The notes under the pieces: model-generated
The model's input: only the letters and a program-made list of their open reading frames with translations
Told to the model about the DNA's origin: nothing
The model's database searches: none
DNA from: Geotalea daltonii FRC-32
GTDB taxonomy: Bacteria > Desulfobacterota > Desulfuromonadia > Geobacterales > Geobacteraceae
DNA: 32,000 nucleotides
Reading direction: 5' to 3'
Assembly (NCBI RefSeq): GCF_000022265.1
Contig: NC_011979.1
Span: forward strand, 900,001-932,000
In this document: piece by piece, positions 1 through 8,657 of the stretch
How positions within the stretch are numbered: the stretch's first letter is position 1
Layout of the letters: every line of letters begins with the position of its first letter
Program-made: the position numbers and the translations under genes

Positions 1-756
1 ATCGCTGGCCAGCCTGCCGAATACCGGATTTACCGATTTGCCCATGGCGATGGACAAAGGCAGTTCCTGGTTTTTGCCGTGCGCCTTTACATACCAATAT
101 TTGGGGTTCTCAGAGGTAAGTCTGCCGTTGAAGGCGAAGACGGTGTCTGGCGAGACCTTTTTCTGCTCCAGGGCTGCAGTAGCCGTGATTATCTTGAAAA
201 GTGAGGCCATGGGATAGAGATTGAAGCAGGAACTTTTTTCCCAGGCGGGATTAATGCTGGAGTGGCTTGCCAGTGCCAGGATTTTGCCGGTCTTCGGCTC
301 AATGGCGACAAAAGCGCCGTAGGGCACCTTAAAATCTTCCATCAAATTGGTGATACGTCTTTGCAATGGTTCATCGATGGCATAGACGACAGTGCCTCCA
401 TCGGGCAAGGCGGCGCTGAGATGGTCATTTGTCAGGCTCGATGAAGGAAGCATGTCTGCCGCCAGCTGGAAAGACCGCCAGTTATCAAGCTCCTTGTAGA
501 TATCCGGCTTTTTAGCTGCTTCCATGCTGCTTTTGCTAACACTTGATAGAGCCGTTTTCGCCGAGATGAGCAGGTTGAAAATCGGGTAGCTGGCAAGGAG
601 CAGGGCGATAATCGGCAGTGCCAGCCGCAGCCTCTTTTTTTCTGCTGGAGGTTCCTTGATGGCAGCGGATAAATCGGATGCAGGGGTGTCTTGTTGTTTG
701 CGCAGGTTGAGGCGATGTAATCGCTTTTTTTTCGATAGGTGTTTTAGATCTTGCAT
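1..756 (-). CDS. Penicillin-binding (transpeptidase-domain) protein, N-terminal 252 codons; the 3' end lies beyond the window start
   Basis: Absent from the supplied track because it runs off the edge. Manual minus-strand translation from ATG (complement of 754-756) stays open to position 1: MQDLKHLSKKKRLHRLNLRKQQ..., then a hydrophobic anchor LRLALPIIALLLASYPIFNLLI, then ...YGAFVAIEPKTGKILALASHSS...NLYPMASLFKIITATAALEQKKV. SLFK (complement of 193-204) is an SxxK active-site motif in the usual PBP context. Confidence 0.7.
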   Translation of the reverse strand, partial: MQDLKHLSKKKRLHRLNLRKQQDTPASDLSAAIKEPPAEKKRLRLALPIIALLLASYPIFNLLISAKTALSSVSKSSMEAAKKPDIYKELDNWRSFQLAADMLPSSSLTNDHLSAALPDGGTVVYAIDEPLQRRITNLMEDFKVPYGAFVAIEPKTGKILALASHSSINPAWEKSSCFNLYPMASLFKIITATAALEQKKVSPDTVFAFNGRLTSENPKYWYVKAHGKNQELPLSIAMGKSVNPVFGRLASD

Positions 757-879
757 GGCCGCTTTTTGAGAATCAGTTTTAGGTTTGAGAAGATGTTTGA
801 CAATCCAGCCACTATATTCAATCAACCCATATTTGTCAACGGCGCGGCTGGCGCGATTGGGTTAAAATACATTAGGCAT

Positions 880-2202
880 TCAGCTTATCTTCCTGGTAGA
901 GATCAGGTCTTTCATGGTCAAGCCGGCAAGTGCCGCGTCAGCTGCATTATTGGCACGGATCAGTATCTCATGGGACAGCTCCTCCTGTCTGGCAACCTTT
1001 TCAATCCAATCACGATCGCCATAACCTCTGAGTGATGACAGTACTTCATTGACAGGGATTTGCTCAAGCTCCCTGGCGGGGTAGTAGGAGGACAGCTCAC
1101 CGGCGGATCTTATCAGGTATCCCGAATCGGTCAGCTGGATAAGGAGTTCCCTCACCAGCCTGATCGGTACGTCCAGGGATTCGGCCAGGCGCTCCTTGGT
1201 CAGTGGTGGGCTGCCGAGATGGAAAGCGGTGGCCACTTCCTGGAGTATGGACAGGGCGAGCAGATCCATCATGGCAGGACTGATTTGCTGGGTGCGAAAC
1301 TCATGGCGGAAGGTCTTGATATTCTGGTGGGCGGCTACCACTTCGACACCGAAGAGGACAATCACCCAGCTGGTATAGATCCAGACCATGAAAATCGGGA
1401 GCAGGGCCAACGTGCCATATATGGCGTTGTACTTGCCAACGCCGACCTGGAAATACAAATATCCCCACTGGGCCGCCTGCCAAACAGTGCCGGCCAGGAC
1501 TCCGCCGATCAAAGCCGATTTGGCTTTGACCCTTGTATTGGGAATTAATATATAAAGGAAGAAAAGGGCCAGCCAGACGCTGATATAGGGTATGAGACGG
1601 AAAGAGAACAGCAGCACATCCCCCAGGTAGCTGGTCTGGAGCAGCCAGCGCACCACCGATTGGCTCTGCAGGGTAGTGGTCACGCTGATCGCCGCCAGCA
1701 TGAGGAGCGGCCCGCTGAGGAGCACGCTCAGGTAGTCGCTGAACTTTCGCTGCAGGCTCCTGGTTCCCTTGACCCCCCAGATGACATTGAAAGCTTCCTC
1801 AATGTTGCCGAGCAGGGTTATGGCCGTTACCACCAGGGTGGCAAGGCCGATCGTTCCCATGGAGGTCATGTTGGTGTTGTTGATGTAAGTGACGATCTTG
1901 TCCACCAGCTCTTCCGAGCCGGCCGTCACCTGTTCGAGTATGTAAGGTTCCACTTTGTTCTGAACGTCGAAACCCTTGAGGACGGCAAAGGTAAGGGCAA
2001 AAAAAGGTACTATGGACAAAATCGTGGTGAAGGAAAGGGCAGAGGCACGCAACAGGCAATTGTCATCCCAGAAATTTTTGATCACCAGGGCCATTATCTG
2101 CAAATATTTAACCCAATAGCGCTTAATGCCGCCATAGGCATCGGGATTCAGGTTCCAAAGATCTTTGGTGAAGAATGATATGATGTCGGCAGCGTTTTTC
2201 AT
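880..2202 (-). CDS. YihY/BrkB-family inner-membrane protein with a soluble C-terminal extension
   Basis: 440-aa ORF. It has the family-typical N-terminal segment LRASALSFTTILSIVPFFALTFAVLKGF followed by several hydrophobic helices. The last ~140 aa are non-membrane (see findings). Confidence 0.75.
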   Translation of the reverse strand: MKNAADIISFFTKDLWNLNPDAYGGIKRYWVKYLQIMALVIKNFWDDNCLLRASALSFTTILSIVPFFALTFAVLKGFDVQNKVEPYILEQVTAGSEELVDKIVTYINNTNMTSMGTIGLATLVVTAITLLGNIEEAFNVIWGVKGTRSLQRKFSDYLSVLLSGPLLMLAAISVTTTLQSQSVVRWLLQTSYLGDVLLFSFRLIPYISVWLALFFLYILIPNTRVKAKSALIGGVLAGTVWQAAQWGYLYFQVGVGKYNAIYGTLALLPIFMVWIYTSWVIVLFGVEVVAAHQNIKTFRHEFRTQQISPAMMDLLALSILQEVATAFHLGSPPLTKERLAESLDVPIRLVRELLIQLTDSGYLIRSAGELSSYYPARELEQIPVNEVLSSLRGYGDRDWIEKVARQEELSHEILIRANNAADAALAGLTMKDLISTRKIS

Positions 2203-2234
2203 CTTGTGCTGTCACCCTCGAACCGGTTTCGAAA

Positions 2235-2260
2235 TAAAAAACCCACTGCTGGCAGTGGGT
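2235..2260 (-). terminator. Intrinsic terminator after the YtxH gene
   Basis: An 8-bp stem (2241-2248 / 2253-2260, loop ctgg). On the minus strand it is followed by the run complementary to aaaaaa at 2235-2240. It lies 20 nt past the stop at 2280. Confidence 0.7.
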
Positions 2261-2279
2261 TCTCGTTGAGATGCAGGTT

Positions 2280-2594
2280 TTAAACTTCCTTGTATTTTTC
2301 TTTTTCCCGCTCCATGGCATCTTTTCCAGCTTCTATTGCCGAAGATAGAATCGATTTCTTCTCCATGATCATATCCTTGCCTTCTTCATAGGAGGATCTG
2401 ATCTTGTCCTGGGCTTCAGAGGCATACTCCTTGATTTTGTCCACCGCATCATCGGCCAGATCCCTGATTGTCGCCCTTAATTCCTCGCCTGTTTTCGGGG
2501 CCACCAGCAATGCCACCCCTGCGCCAACTGCTGCTCCAGCCAGGAATGAAAGGATTACTGTTCCCGCACTCAAACCATTTTCTTCATCGGACAT
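2280..2594 (-). CDS. YtxH domain-containing protein
   Basis: 104 aa. N-terminal helix plus the signature GAAVGAGVALLVAPKTGEELR, then a charged helical tail (DDAVDKIKEYASEAQDKIRSSYEEGKD). AGGGGG Shine-Dalgarno upstream. Starts 4 nt after the DUF948 stop. Confidence 0.8.
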   Translation of the reverse strand: MSDEENGLSAGTVILSFLAGAAVGAGVALLVAPKTGEELRATIRDLADDAVDKIKEYASEAQDKIRSSYEEGKDMIMEKKSILSSAIEAGKDAMEREKEKYKEV

Positions 2595-2598
2595 AGCA

Positions 2599-2988
2599 TT
2601 ACCCCCTTTTTTTTATGATCTGATCAACTAAGATTTTTCCAGCAACCTTTGCCCCGGTCATCCACAAAGAGGTTTTGCCCATGAGACCGGTTACTCCGCC
2701 GACTACGCTATTGACGGTGCGCATGGTACGGCCGGCATTGCCCAGCTCTTCCATGAAAAGGCCCACATCCTCTATTTTGCTCGATGCTTCTTCAGTAATG
2801 ATTTTCAGATCTGTCAAAGTATCCTGCAGATTTTGTAAAACCGGCTTTATATCTTTTTCCACGCAGGCCAGAAATTCACGCGAGGCAGCGGCTGTTTTTC
2901 TGATTTCAACGAACGCCGGGATCATAAAACAGGCAAGTACGACCAGTGTTATTGCCATTATTGTCACAGAAATGCCGATGACTACCAT
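2599..2988 (-). CDS. DUF948-like membrane-anchored protein
   Basis: 129 aa. Single N-terminal TM (VVIGISVTIMAITLVVLACFMIPAFV), then a helical region (KDIKPVLQNLQDTLTDLKIITEEASSKIEDV) as in DUF948 proteins that commonly pair with YtxH. AAGGAG RBS upstream. Confidence 0.65.
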   Translation of the reverse strand: MVVIGISVTIMAITLVVLACFMIPAFVEIRKTAAASREFLACVEKDIKPVLQNLQDTLTDLKIITEEASSKIEDVGLFMEELGNAGRTMRTVNSVVGGVTGLMGKTSLWMTGAKVAGKILVDQIIKKRG

Positions 2989-3071
2989 TTACGAACTCCT
3001 TCCCGGTAAAAATGTCTCAAGTATAGTGCAAAAATTAGTATTTTCAATCGATTTGGTGCTGAAGTTTGAGA

Positions 3072-3100
3072 AGAAAAAAGGCCGGCTTGATCAGCCGGCC
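3072..3100 (-). terminator. Intrinsic terminator after the cytochrome gene
   Basis: Stem ggccggct/agccggcc (3080-3100). On the minus strand it is followed by a U-run (complement of aaaaaa in 3072-3079). It lies 46 nt past the stop at 3146. Confidence 0.8.
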
Positions 3101-3145
3101 TTTTATTGTCACAACATATAGCTACCGTAAAAGTAGTTGATAGCC

Positions 3146-4009
3146 CTATTTTTTCTTAGGAGCAGCGGCTTTTTTTGCTCCCTGTGCAGCGCCTTCCGGA
3201 GTTGTGTCAGCTGACCAGTGGTTCAGGTCGTGGGCGATGTTGTGGCATTGGCTGCATTTCGGGAATTTAGCCATCATGCCCGCAGGATGCGGTAAACCAT
3301 GGCAATCCTGGCACTTGGGCACCATTTTGTGTTTCGACTGGTGGCAGGTGACGCAAAGGACCGATTTGTGCTTGGCGGTGCTGGCCATCAGCAGGTCGTA
3401 AGCTTTCTTGTGGCAGGAAGCGCAGAGTTTGGACTGGGTCTCGGCGCCATAGGTTACTACCAGCGGCATGTGGGCCTGGTGACACTTCTTGCAATCGGCC
3501 TGCACCATTTCCTTGGAGTGGGGCTTATGGCACTGGGTGCAATCGGGAATTTTCCCGTGAACATTGTGGCAGAAAGAACATGCCAGAGCGCTGTGCTTGC
3601 TCTTGTTCTTGCGCAGTTTTTCAATTTGCGGTGTATGGCAGGTGAGGCAAGGATCGGTCACATTGTTGCCGAACTTGATTACCTTCGGCGTATGCGGGTT
3701 TGAGTGGCAGGAAAGGCATCCGCTGAGCGAGAAGTGGGGCTTGCCTTCGTGACACTGGCTGCAGGCAGGAATGATTTTTTTCACGGTCGGCGGGTGTCCC
3801 ACGTGACAGTCCTGACAGGTGACGTTTGTTTTGTGTGCCATACCGTTAGCTGCGATATCGGCCGGAGCCTTGCTATGGCATTTAACGCAGTCTGAACTGG
3901 TGAGAGTCGCCTTTACCTGTTCCTGGGCAGCGCACGCCATACCTGCAAAGGACAAAATTGCAAGTAAAGCGAATACTGCAGTTAACCATCTACTATTTAC
4001 TACTTTCAT
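3146..4009 (-). CDS. Periplasmic dodecahaem c-type cytochrome
   Basis: 287 aa. Signal peptide MKVVNSRWLTAVFALLAILSFAGMACA. Twelve CXXCH motifs counted (CVKCH, CQDCH, CSQCH, CLSCH, CLTCH, CSFCH, CTQCH, CKKCH, CASCH, CVTCH, CQDCH, CSQCH). AAGGAGGAGG RBS immediately upstream. Confidence 0.92.
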   Translation of the reverse strand: MKVVNSRWLTAVFALLAILSFAGMACAAQEQVKATLTSSDCVKCHSKAPADIAANGMAHKTNVTCQDCHVGHPPTVKKIIPACSQCHEGKPHFSLSGCLSCHSNPHTPKVIKFGNNVTDPCLTCHTPQIEKLRKNKSKHSALACSFCHNVHGKIPDCTQCHKPHSKEMVQADCKKCHQAHMPLVVTYGAETQSKLCASCHKKAYDLLMASTAKHKSVLCVTCHQSKHKMVPKCQDCHGLPHPAGMMAKFPKCSQCHNIAHDLNHWSADTTPEGAAQGAKKAAAPKKK

Positions 4010-4052
4010 TGCCTCCTCCTTATTTTTTCATTTGAAGCGGATAATCCCAACT

Positions 4053-4082
4053 CTAATACACTGTCTATGGGCACTCTGTCAA
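4053..4082 (-). promoter_or_regulatory. Candidate sigma70-type promoter for the cytochrome gene
   Basis: Minus strand reads TTGACA (complement of 4077-4082), N18, TATTAG (complement of 4053-4058), about 45 nt upstream of the ATG. Motif match only. Confidence 0.35.
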
Positions 4083-4314
4083 TATTTTTAACCTGTTTTG
4101 GATCATTAATTTTTGCTGAGCGCTTTCGTTTTTGTCGTCATTTCCGATGGTTGTAATTTTCAGAGATTTTAGGGGTCAATTATTTAATTGTAATAATCTA
4201 ATTTAAAATGCCGGTATGTCAAGAAGCATCTGTAGAAAAGATTGCGCCTACTTGATTAAGTGGTGTATCATTTACCAATTTTTCATCGGGCCATTCGGCC
4301 CAAAAGGTGCTTTT

Positions 4315-6186
4315 ATGGGAAAAACGGTAATATTTCTTCTAATTTTTATCGGCATGCATATTCAAGGAACAGCGGTCGCTGACACTTTGGCGGGAGAAGA
4401 TACCGCCGGGGCGTCAGGTTCATCGATACCCGCTCTAGCAGCCCCAGGTGCTACCGCCGGTGGGACAGCACCGGAGAGGAAAAAACCGATGAGCGGCATT
4501 AATGTGGGAGAACCACAATTTATTTCCGAAGCGGGGCTTTTTTATGTCAGCCCGGCCACCCAACTGGTCATAAAGGTTGTGGGGGGCGCTTCCGGGATTG
4601 CCCGAACCGAGTACCGGATCGATAACGGAGAATGGAAGGCCTATGAGCCGTTCAGGGTAACCGCCGAGGGTTCTCATCAGATTGACTATCGCAGTATTGA
4701 CAACGCAGGTAACGAAGAATCCCCGCGCAGCTTTTCCATCGTGGTGGATGGCACGCCTCCGCAGACGACTGCCTCTATCGATCGCCGGGAGGTTGTCCCC
4801 GGTCGGCCCGGCTTGGTCGGCAAAAAGAGCACCATCATGCTGGAGACCAAAGAGGATGGTTCAGGCACTGCCCTGGTGGAATATCGGGTAGATCAGGGGG
4901 CCTGGCAGCCATACACCTCATTCACAGCCCCTGCGAACGGGGTTCACACCGTCAGCTACCGAAGCATCGACAATGTGGGAAATAAAGAAGCGGAAAAGAC
5001 CATTACCATCACCAGCGAGAAGATCCCGGTAAAGACTTCCGCCCTGGTCGGTGGTCCTCAGTATAAAGGAAAAGACCTGGTCATAAGCGACAAGACTCCT
5101 GTGACCCTGGTCGTGGAAAGCATGTCTGGGGTCATCTCTACTGAGTTCAGTATTGACAACGGCCCGTGGCGGAGCTATGCGCCTTTTACCGTGCCGGGGG
5201 AGGGCAGACATCAGATTGCCTTCAAAAGTACAGACGAAGCAGGGGGAAAGGAGGCACCACACATTCTCGATCTTGTCGTAGACACTACGCCGCCGGAAAC
5301 ATCGCTCCTTGCTTCAGGCCAAAAAGTCGAGTGGGGAGAGTCCCTTGCGGTCGCTCACAAGGTGGAATTCCAATTGACTGCAGACGATAAGATGTCTGCG
5401 GTCAAGACAACGGAGTACCGGATAAACGGTGGTGCTTGGGCGCCGGCTGTTCCGTTCTCCTTCGAAGCGGAAGGAAAATATGAGATAGAGTTCCGGAGCT
5501 CTGATATGGTGGGCAATCTGGAACCTGCGGGCAGCTTCACTGCTGTCATCGATAGAACTCCGCCGGTAAGCGAAATCGTTGTCGGGATCCCGCAAAATAG
5601 ACTCGATGGCCTGGTCCATGTGGACAGCATGACCCTTTTTCAGCCAAAGGCAATCGATGGCCTGTCTGGTGTTGACATGGTCGAATATTCCGTAGACGGC
5701 AGGGAAGATACCCGCGACACGGTGCCATTCACCATTATTACGCCAGGCCGGTACCGGATTGATTACCAGGCGGTCGACAAGGCAGGCAACAAGGAGCCTC
5801 TCAAAACAATGCTTGTGTCCGTTGAAAATGCCCAGGGCAGGGGAGAATCAAGGGGGGACGGTGCCGCAGCCGAATCAGCAGGAATTCGAAGGCGCGAATT
5901 CAAATTTGCTGCAAAAGCGGCGGCGGTCCCTCCACAGCTGCCTGCTGCCGCACCATTTTCAGATATGGCAGGGGCGGAGAGAAGAGCAAAATCTGATACC
6001 GCCATTATAGATGGTCCCATGGGTAGCATTATGCCGGAATCCGCTTACTCAGATGGCTACCAGGCACCGCCAGTTAATCAGCGTCTTTATCTGGATACGA
6101 CGAGAAAGGATAAAATCGGCCTCTGGGAATATATTACCCTGGGGATCGTCAATATCAGTCTGATACTGGGGATTATGCTGCTTTAA
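4315..6186 (+). CDS. Secreted or envelope protein with five ~90-aa beta-sandwich-type tandem repeats and a C-terminal hydrophobic anchor
   Basis: The track ORF starts at 4216. I prefer ATG 4315 (MGKTVIFLLIFIGMHIQGTAVA looks like a signal peptide; AAGGTG sits 5 nt upstream). There are five repeats with core [ST]EY[RS][IV]-x-G-x-W-x-x-[YA]...[YF][RK]S-x-D-x-[AV]G[NG]-x-E (EY/EF at ORF residues 132, 222, 310, 400, 490). They resemble OmpL47-type / Ig-like repeats. An Ala/Arg/Gly-rich linker follows. The final 20 aa, WEYITLGIVNISLILGIMLL, run to the stop. Confidence 0.8.
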   Translation: MGKTVIFLLIFIGMHIQGTAVADTLAGEDTAGASGSSIPALAAPGATAGGTAPERKKPMSGINVGEPQFISEAGLFYVSPATQLVIKVVGGASGIARTEYRIDNGEWKAYEPFRVTAEGSHQIDYRSIDNAGNEESPRSFSIVVDGTPPQTTASIDRREVVPGRPGLVGKKSTIMLETKEDGSGTALVEYRVDQGAWQPYTSFTAPANGVHTVSYRSIDNVGNKEAEKTITITSEKIPVKTSALVGGPQYKGKDLVISDKTPVTLVVESMSGVISTEFSIDNGPWRSYAPFTVPGEGRHQIAFKSTDEAGGKEAPHILDLVVDTTPPETSLLASGQKVEWGESLAVAHKVEFQLTADDKMSAVKTTEYRINGGAWAPAVPFSFEAEGKYEIEFRSSDMVGNLEPAGSFTAVIDRTPPVSEIVVGIPQNRLDGLVHVDSMTLFQPKAIDGLSGVDMVEYSVDGREDTRDTVPFTIITPGRYRIDYQAVDKAGNKEPLKTMLVSVENAQGRGESRGDGAAAESAGIRRREFKFAAKAAAVPPQLPAAAPFSDMAGAERRAKSDTAIIDGPMGSIMPESAYSDGYQAPPVNQRLYLDTTRKDKIGLWEYITLGIVNISLILGIMLL

Positions 6187-6330
6187 CAGCTGGATGAAAA
6201 GCCTTATGCATGGGTGAGCGTTGCGCGGCCGGCTGTGAAAATCCATATACCGTTACGTCCTGATTGTAGAAGGTCTGGACTGTTGAAGCTTCAGCAATGA
6301 ACAGGCGTTACCTCCATTTATACAGGCAAT

Positions 6331-6366
6331 AAAAAAGCGGCCCGGAAGTTTCCGGCGCCGCTTTTC
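6331..6366. terminator. Bidirectional intrinsic terminator between convergent genes
   Basis: GC-rich hairpin gcggcccggaa...ttccggcgccgc (6337-6361, one bulge). It is flanked by aaaaaa (6331-6336) and tttt (6362-6365). It lies between the + gene stop (6186) and the hppA stop (6391). Confidence 0.75.
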
Positions 6367-6390
6367 TGTTACTGGATGACTGCAGTTAGA

Positions 6391-8442
6391 TTACATCTTG
6401 GCCAACAATGGTACGATCAAGAGCGATACGATATTGATGATCTTGATCATGGGATTTACTGCCGGGCCGGCAGTGTCCTTGTATGGGTCGCCGACTGTGT
6501 CGCCGGTTACTGCAGCCTTGTGGGCGTCACCACCCTTACCGCCATGGTGGCCATCTTCGATATATTTTTTCGCATTATCCCAGGCGCCGCCGCCGGTGGT
6601 CATGGAGATGGCGACGAAGATGCCGGTGACAATGGTGCCGACGATTACGCCACCCAGGGCCTTGGGGCCGAGGGTAAAACCGACGATGACGGGGGCAAGA
6701 ATGGGAATGAGACCGGGAATGACCATTTCCTTGAGGGCGGTTTTGGTGACGATATCAACGCAGGAAGCATAATCCGGTTTGCCGGTACCTTCCATGATGC
6801 CCTTGATCTCGCGGAACTGGCGGCGTACTTCTACGACTACGGCTCCTCCCGCTTTGCCAACTGCTTCCATGCACTGGGCGGCAAAGTAGTAGGGGAGCAT
6901 GCCGCCGATGAACAGGCCGACGATGATGTAGGGGTCGGAGAGATCGAAGGTGATCGCCTTGCCGACCAGTTTCAATTCATCAACGTAAGAGGTGAACAGG
7001 ATAACGGCGGCCAGCCCGGCTGAGCCTATGGCGTAACCCTTGGTGACAGCCTTGGTGGTGTTGCCTACGGCATCCAGAGGGTCAGTGACGTCGCGGACAG
7101 ACTTGTCCAGCTCAGCCATTTCGGCGATACCACCGGCGTTGTCAGTGATCGGGCCATAGGCATCCATGGCTACGACGATGCCGGTCAGGGAGAGCATGGA
7201 GACGGCGGCAATGGCGATGCCGTAGACTCCGGCGCACTGGAAGGAAACAATGATACCGGCTGCGATGACGATTACCGGAGCAGCGGTAGCTTTCATGGAA
7301 ACACCCAGACCGGCGATGACGTTGGTGCCGTGGCCGGTTGTGGATGCCTGGGCGATATGTCGGACCGGACCGTATTCTGTGGAGGTGTAGTATTCGGTGA
7401 TCCAGAAAATGGCGCCGGTCACGACCAAACCGACGATTGCTGAAATGAAGATGTTGGTGGCGCTGAAAGTTTCTCCGGCCGCATTGGTGAGACCTTGTGG
7501 AAACATCTGGGCTGTGACGAAGTAGAAGGCAACACAGGCAATCACTCCGGAAACGATCAGACCCTTGTAGAGGGCACCCATGATTTTCTGGCTGGCGCCA
7601 AGTTTGACGAAGAAGGTACCGATGATCGAGGCAATGATGGATATGCCGCCGAGAATCAATGGATAGCTGACTGCGGACTGGTTGCCGACAAAAGCGATGG
7701 CGCCCAGCAGCATTGCGGCTATCAGTGTAACTGCATAAGTCTCGAACAGGTCGGCAGCCATGCCGGCGCAGTCGCCCACGTTGTCACCCACGTTGTCGGC
7801 GATAACGGCAGGATTGCGTGGGTCGTCTTCGGGAATGCCTGCTTCCACCTTGCCTACCAAGTCGGCGCCAACGTCGGCGCCTTTGGTGAAGATACCGCCG
7901 CCAAGACGAGCAAAGATTGAGATCAGCGAACCGCCGAAACCGAGGCCTACCAGTTGGCTTACCACCTCTTTTACCGGAGCCTCCGGCATCAGTTTTTGCA
8001 GAATCAGATAGTAACCGGCAACGCCTAGCAGACCGAGGCCGACAACGAGCATGCCGGTGATTGCGCCGCCGCGAAAGGCGACGTTGAGAGCTTTGACGAT
8101 GCCTGATTTGGCAGCTTCAGTGGTCCGTACATTGGCCCGCACCGAGACGAACATGCCGATGAAGCCGGTCAAGCCGGAGAAAAGAGCACCGATGGCGAAG
8201 CCTACGGCAGTCTTGGCGCCAAGACTGGCGAAAAGTGCAATGAACATGACCACGCCGACCATGGCTATGATGGTATACTGGCGCTTCATGTAGGCACCGG
8301 CACCCTCCTGGATGGCTGCTGCGATCTGTTTCATCCGCTCGTTGCCCTGGGGAAGCCCCAGGATCCACTGGGCCGAGAAAAGACCGTAGGCAACTGCAGC
8401 CACGGCACAGATCAGGGCAAACATTACTGCATACTGTTCCAT
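6391..8442 (-). CDS. hppA: Membrane-bound H+-translocating pyrophosphatase, K+-independent type
   Basis: 683 aa polytopic protein with hallmark segments [54 protein letters not shown] and [28 protein letters not shown] carries Lys/Thr in the GNTT[A/K]A-x-[G/T]KG motif, which as I recall marks K+-independent enzymes. AGGAGG RBS. Confidence 0.95.
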   Translation of the reverse strand: MEQYAVMFALICAVAAVAYGLFSAQWILGLPQGNERMKQIAAAIQEGAGAYMKRQYTIIAMVGVVMFIALFASLGAKTAVGFAIGALFSGLTGFIGMFVSVRANVRTTEAAKSGIVKALNVAFRGGAITGMLVVGLGLLGVAGYYLILQKLMPEAPVKEVVSQLVGLGFGGSLISIFARLGGGIFTKGADVGADLVGKVEAGIPEDDPRNPAVIADNVGDNVGDCAGMAADLFETYAVTLIAAMLLGAIAFVGNQSAVSYPLILGGISIIASIIGTFFVKLGASQKIMGALYKGLIVSGVIACVAFYFVTAQMFPQGLTNAAGETFSATNIFISAIVGLVVTGAIFWITEYYTSTEYGPVRHIAQASTTGHGTNVIAGLGVSMKATAAPVIVIAAGIIVSFQCAGVYGIAIAAVSMLSLTGIVVAMDAYGPITDNAGGIAEMAELDKSVRDVTDPLDAVGNTTKAVTKGYAIGSAGLAAVILFTSYVDELKLVGKAITFDLSDPYIIVGLFIGGMLPYYFAAQCMEAVGKAGGAVVVEVRRQFREIKGIMEGTGKPDYASCVDIVTKTALKEMVIPGLIPILAPVIVGFTLGPKALGGVIVGTIVTGIFVAISMTTGGGAWDNAKKYIEDGHHGGKGGDAHKAAVTGDTVGDPYKDTAGPAVNPMIKIINIVSLLIVPLLAKM

Positions 8443-8528
8443 TTACATCCTCCTATGTAATGTGCCTTAATGTAAGGCGTAAATTCAGGCGAGGAAACAG
8501 CTTAACTTCCCATGAAAACCGACAAACT

Positions 8529-8555
8529 GTTATAGGAAAAGCCATGTTTTGTCAA
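8529..8555 (-). promoter_or_regulatory. Candidate sigma70-type promoter for hppA
   Basis: Minus strand reads TTGACA (complement of 8550-8555), N15, TATAAC (complement of 8529-8534), about 85 nt upstream of the hppA ATG. The spacer is short, so this is tentative. Confidence 0.4.
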
Positions 8556-8620
8556 CTTTTTTTAGCAGCCAACGGCTCCATTTCAAGTGCCTGATCAGGC
8601 GGGGGAGACCGTCTTAAAGG

Positions 8621-8649
8621 TTGCGCTTTCATCAATGAAAATGTATCAT
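8621..8649 (+). promoter_or_regulatory. Candidate sigma70-type promoter for larA (would give a near-leaderless mRNA)
   Basis: TTGCGC (8621-8626), N17, TATCAT (8644-8649). The ATG at 8658 is only 8 nt past the -10 element and has no Shine-Dalgarno. Confidence 0.4.
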
Positions 8650-8657
8650 CAGACCCC

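Noticed and set aside
4216-4314. N-terminal 33-codon extension of the repeat protein (MSRSICRKDCAYLIKWC...)
   Set aside because: There is no RBS at 4216. The downstream ATG at 4315 has AAGGTG 5 nt upstream and begins a proper signal peptide.
4010-4314. GEMM-type (c-di-GMP/cGAMP) riboswitch upstream of the cytochrome or repeat-protein genes, as is common in Geobacter
   Set aside because: Reading both strands, I could not find the conserved GEMM-I core features I remember (paired hairpins with a GNRA tetraloop/receptor and the ...ACGCACAGGGCAAACC... / ...GGGACGCAAAGCC... segments). The predicted cytochrome leader is only ~35-45 nt.
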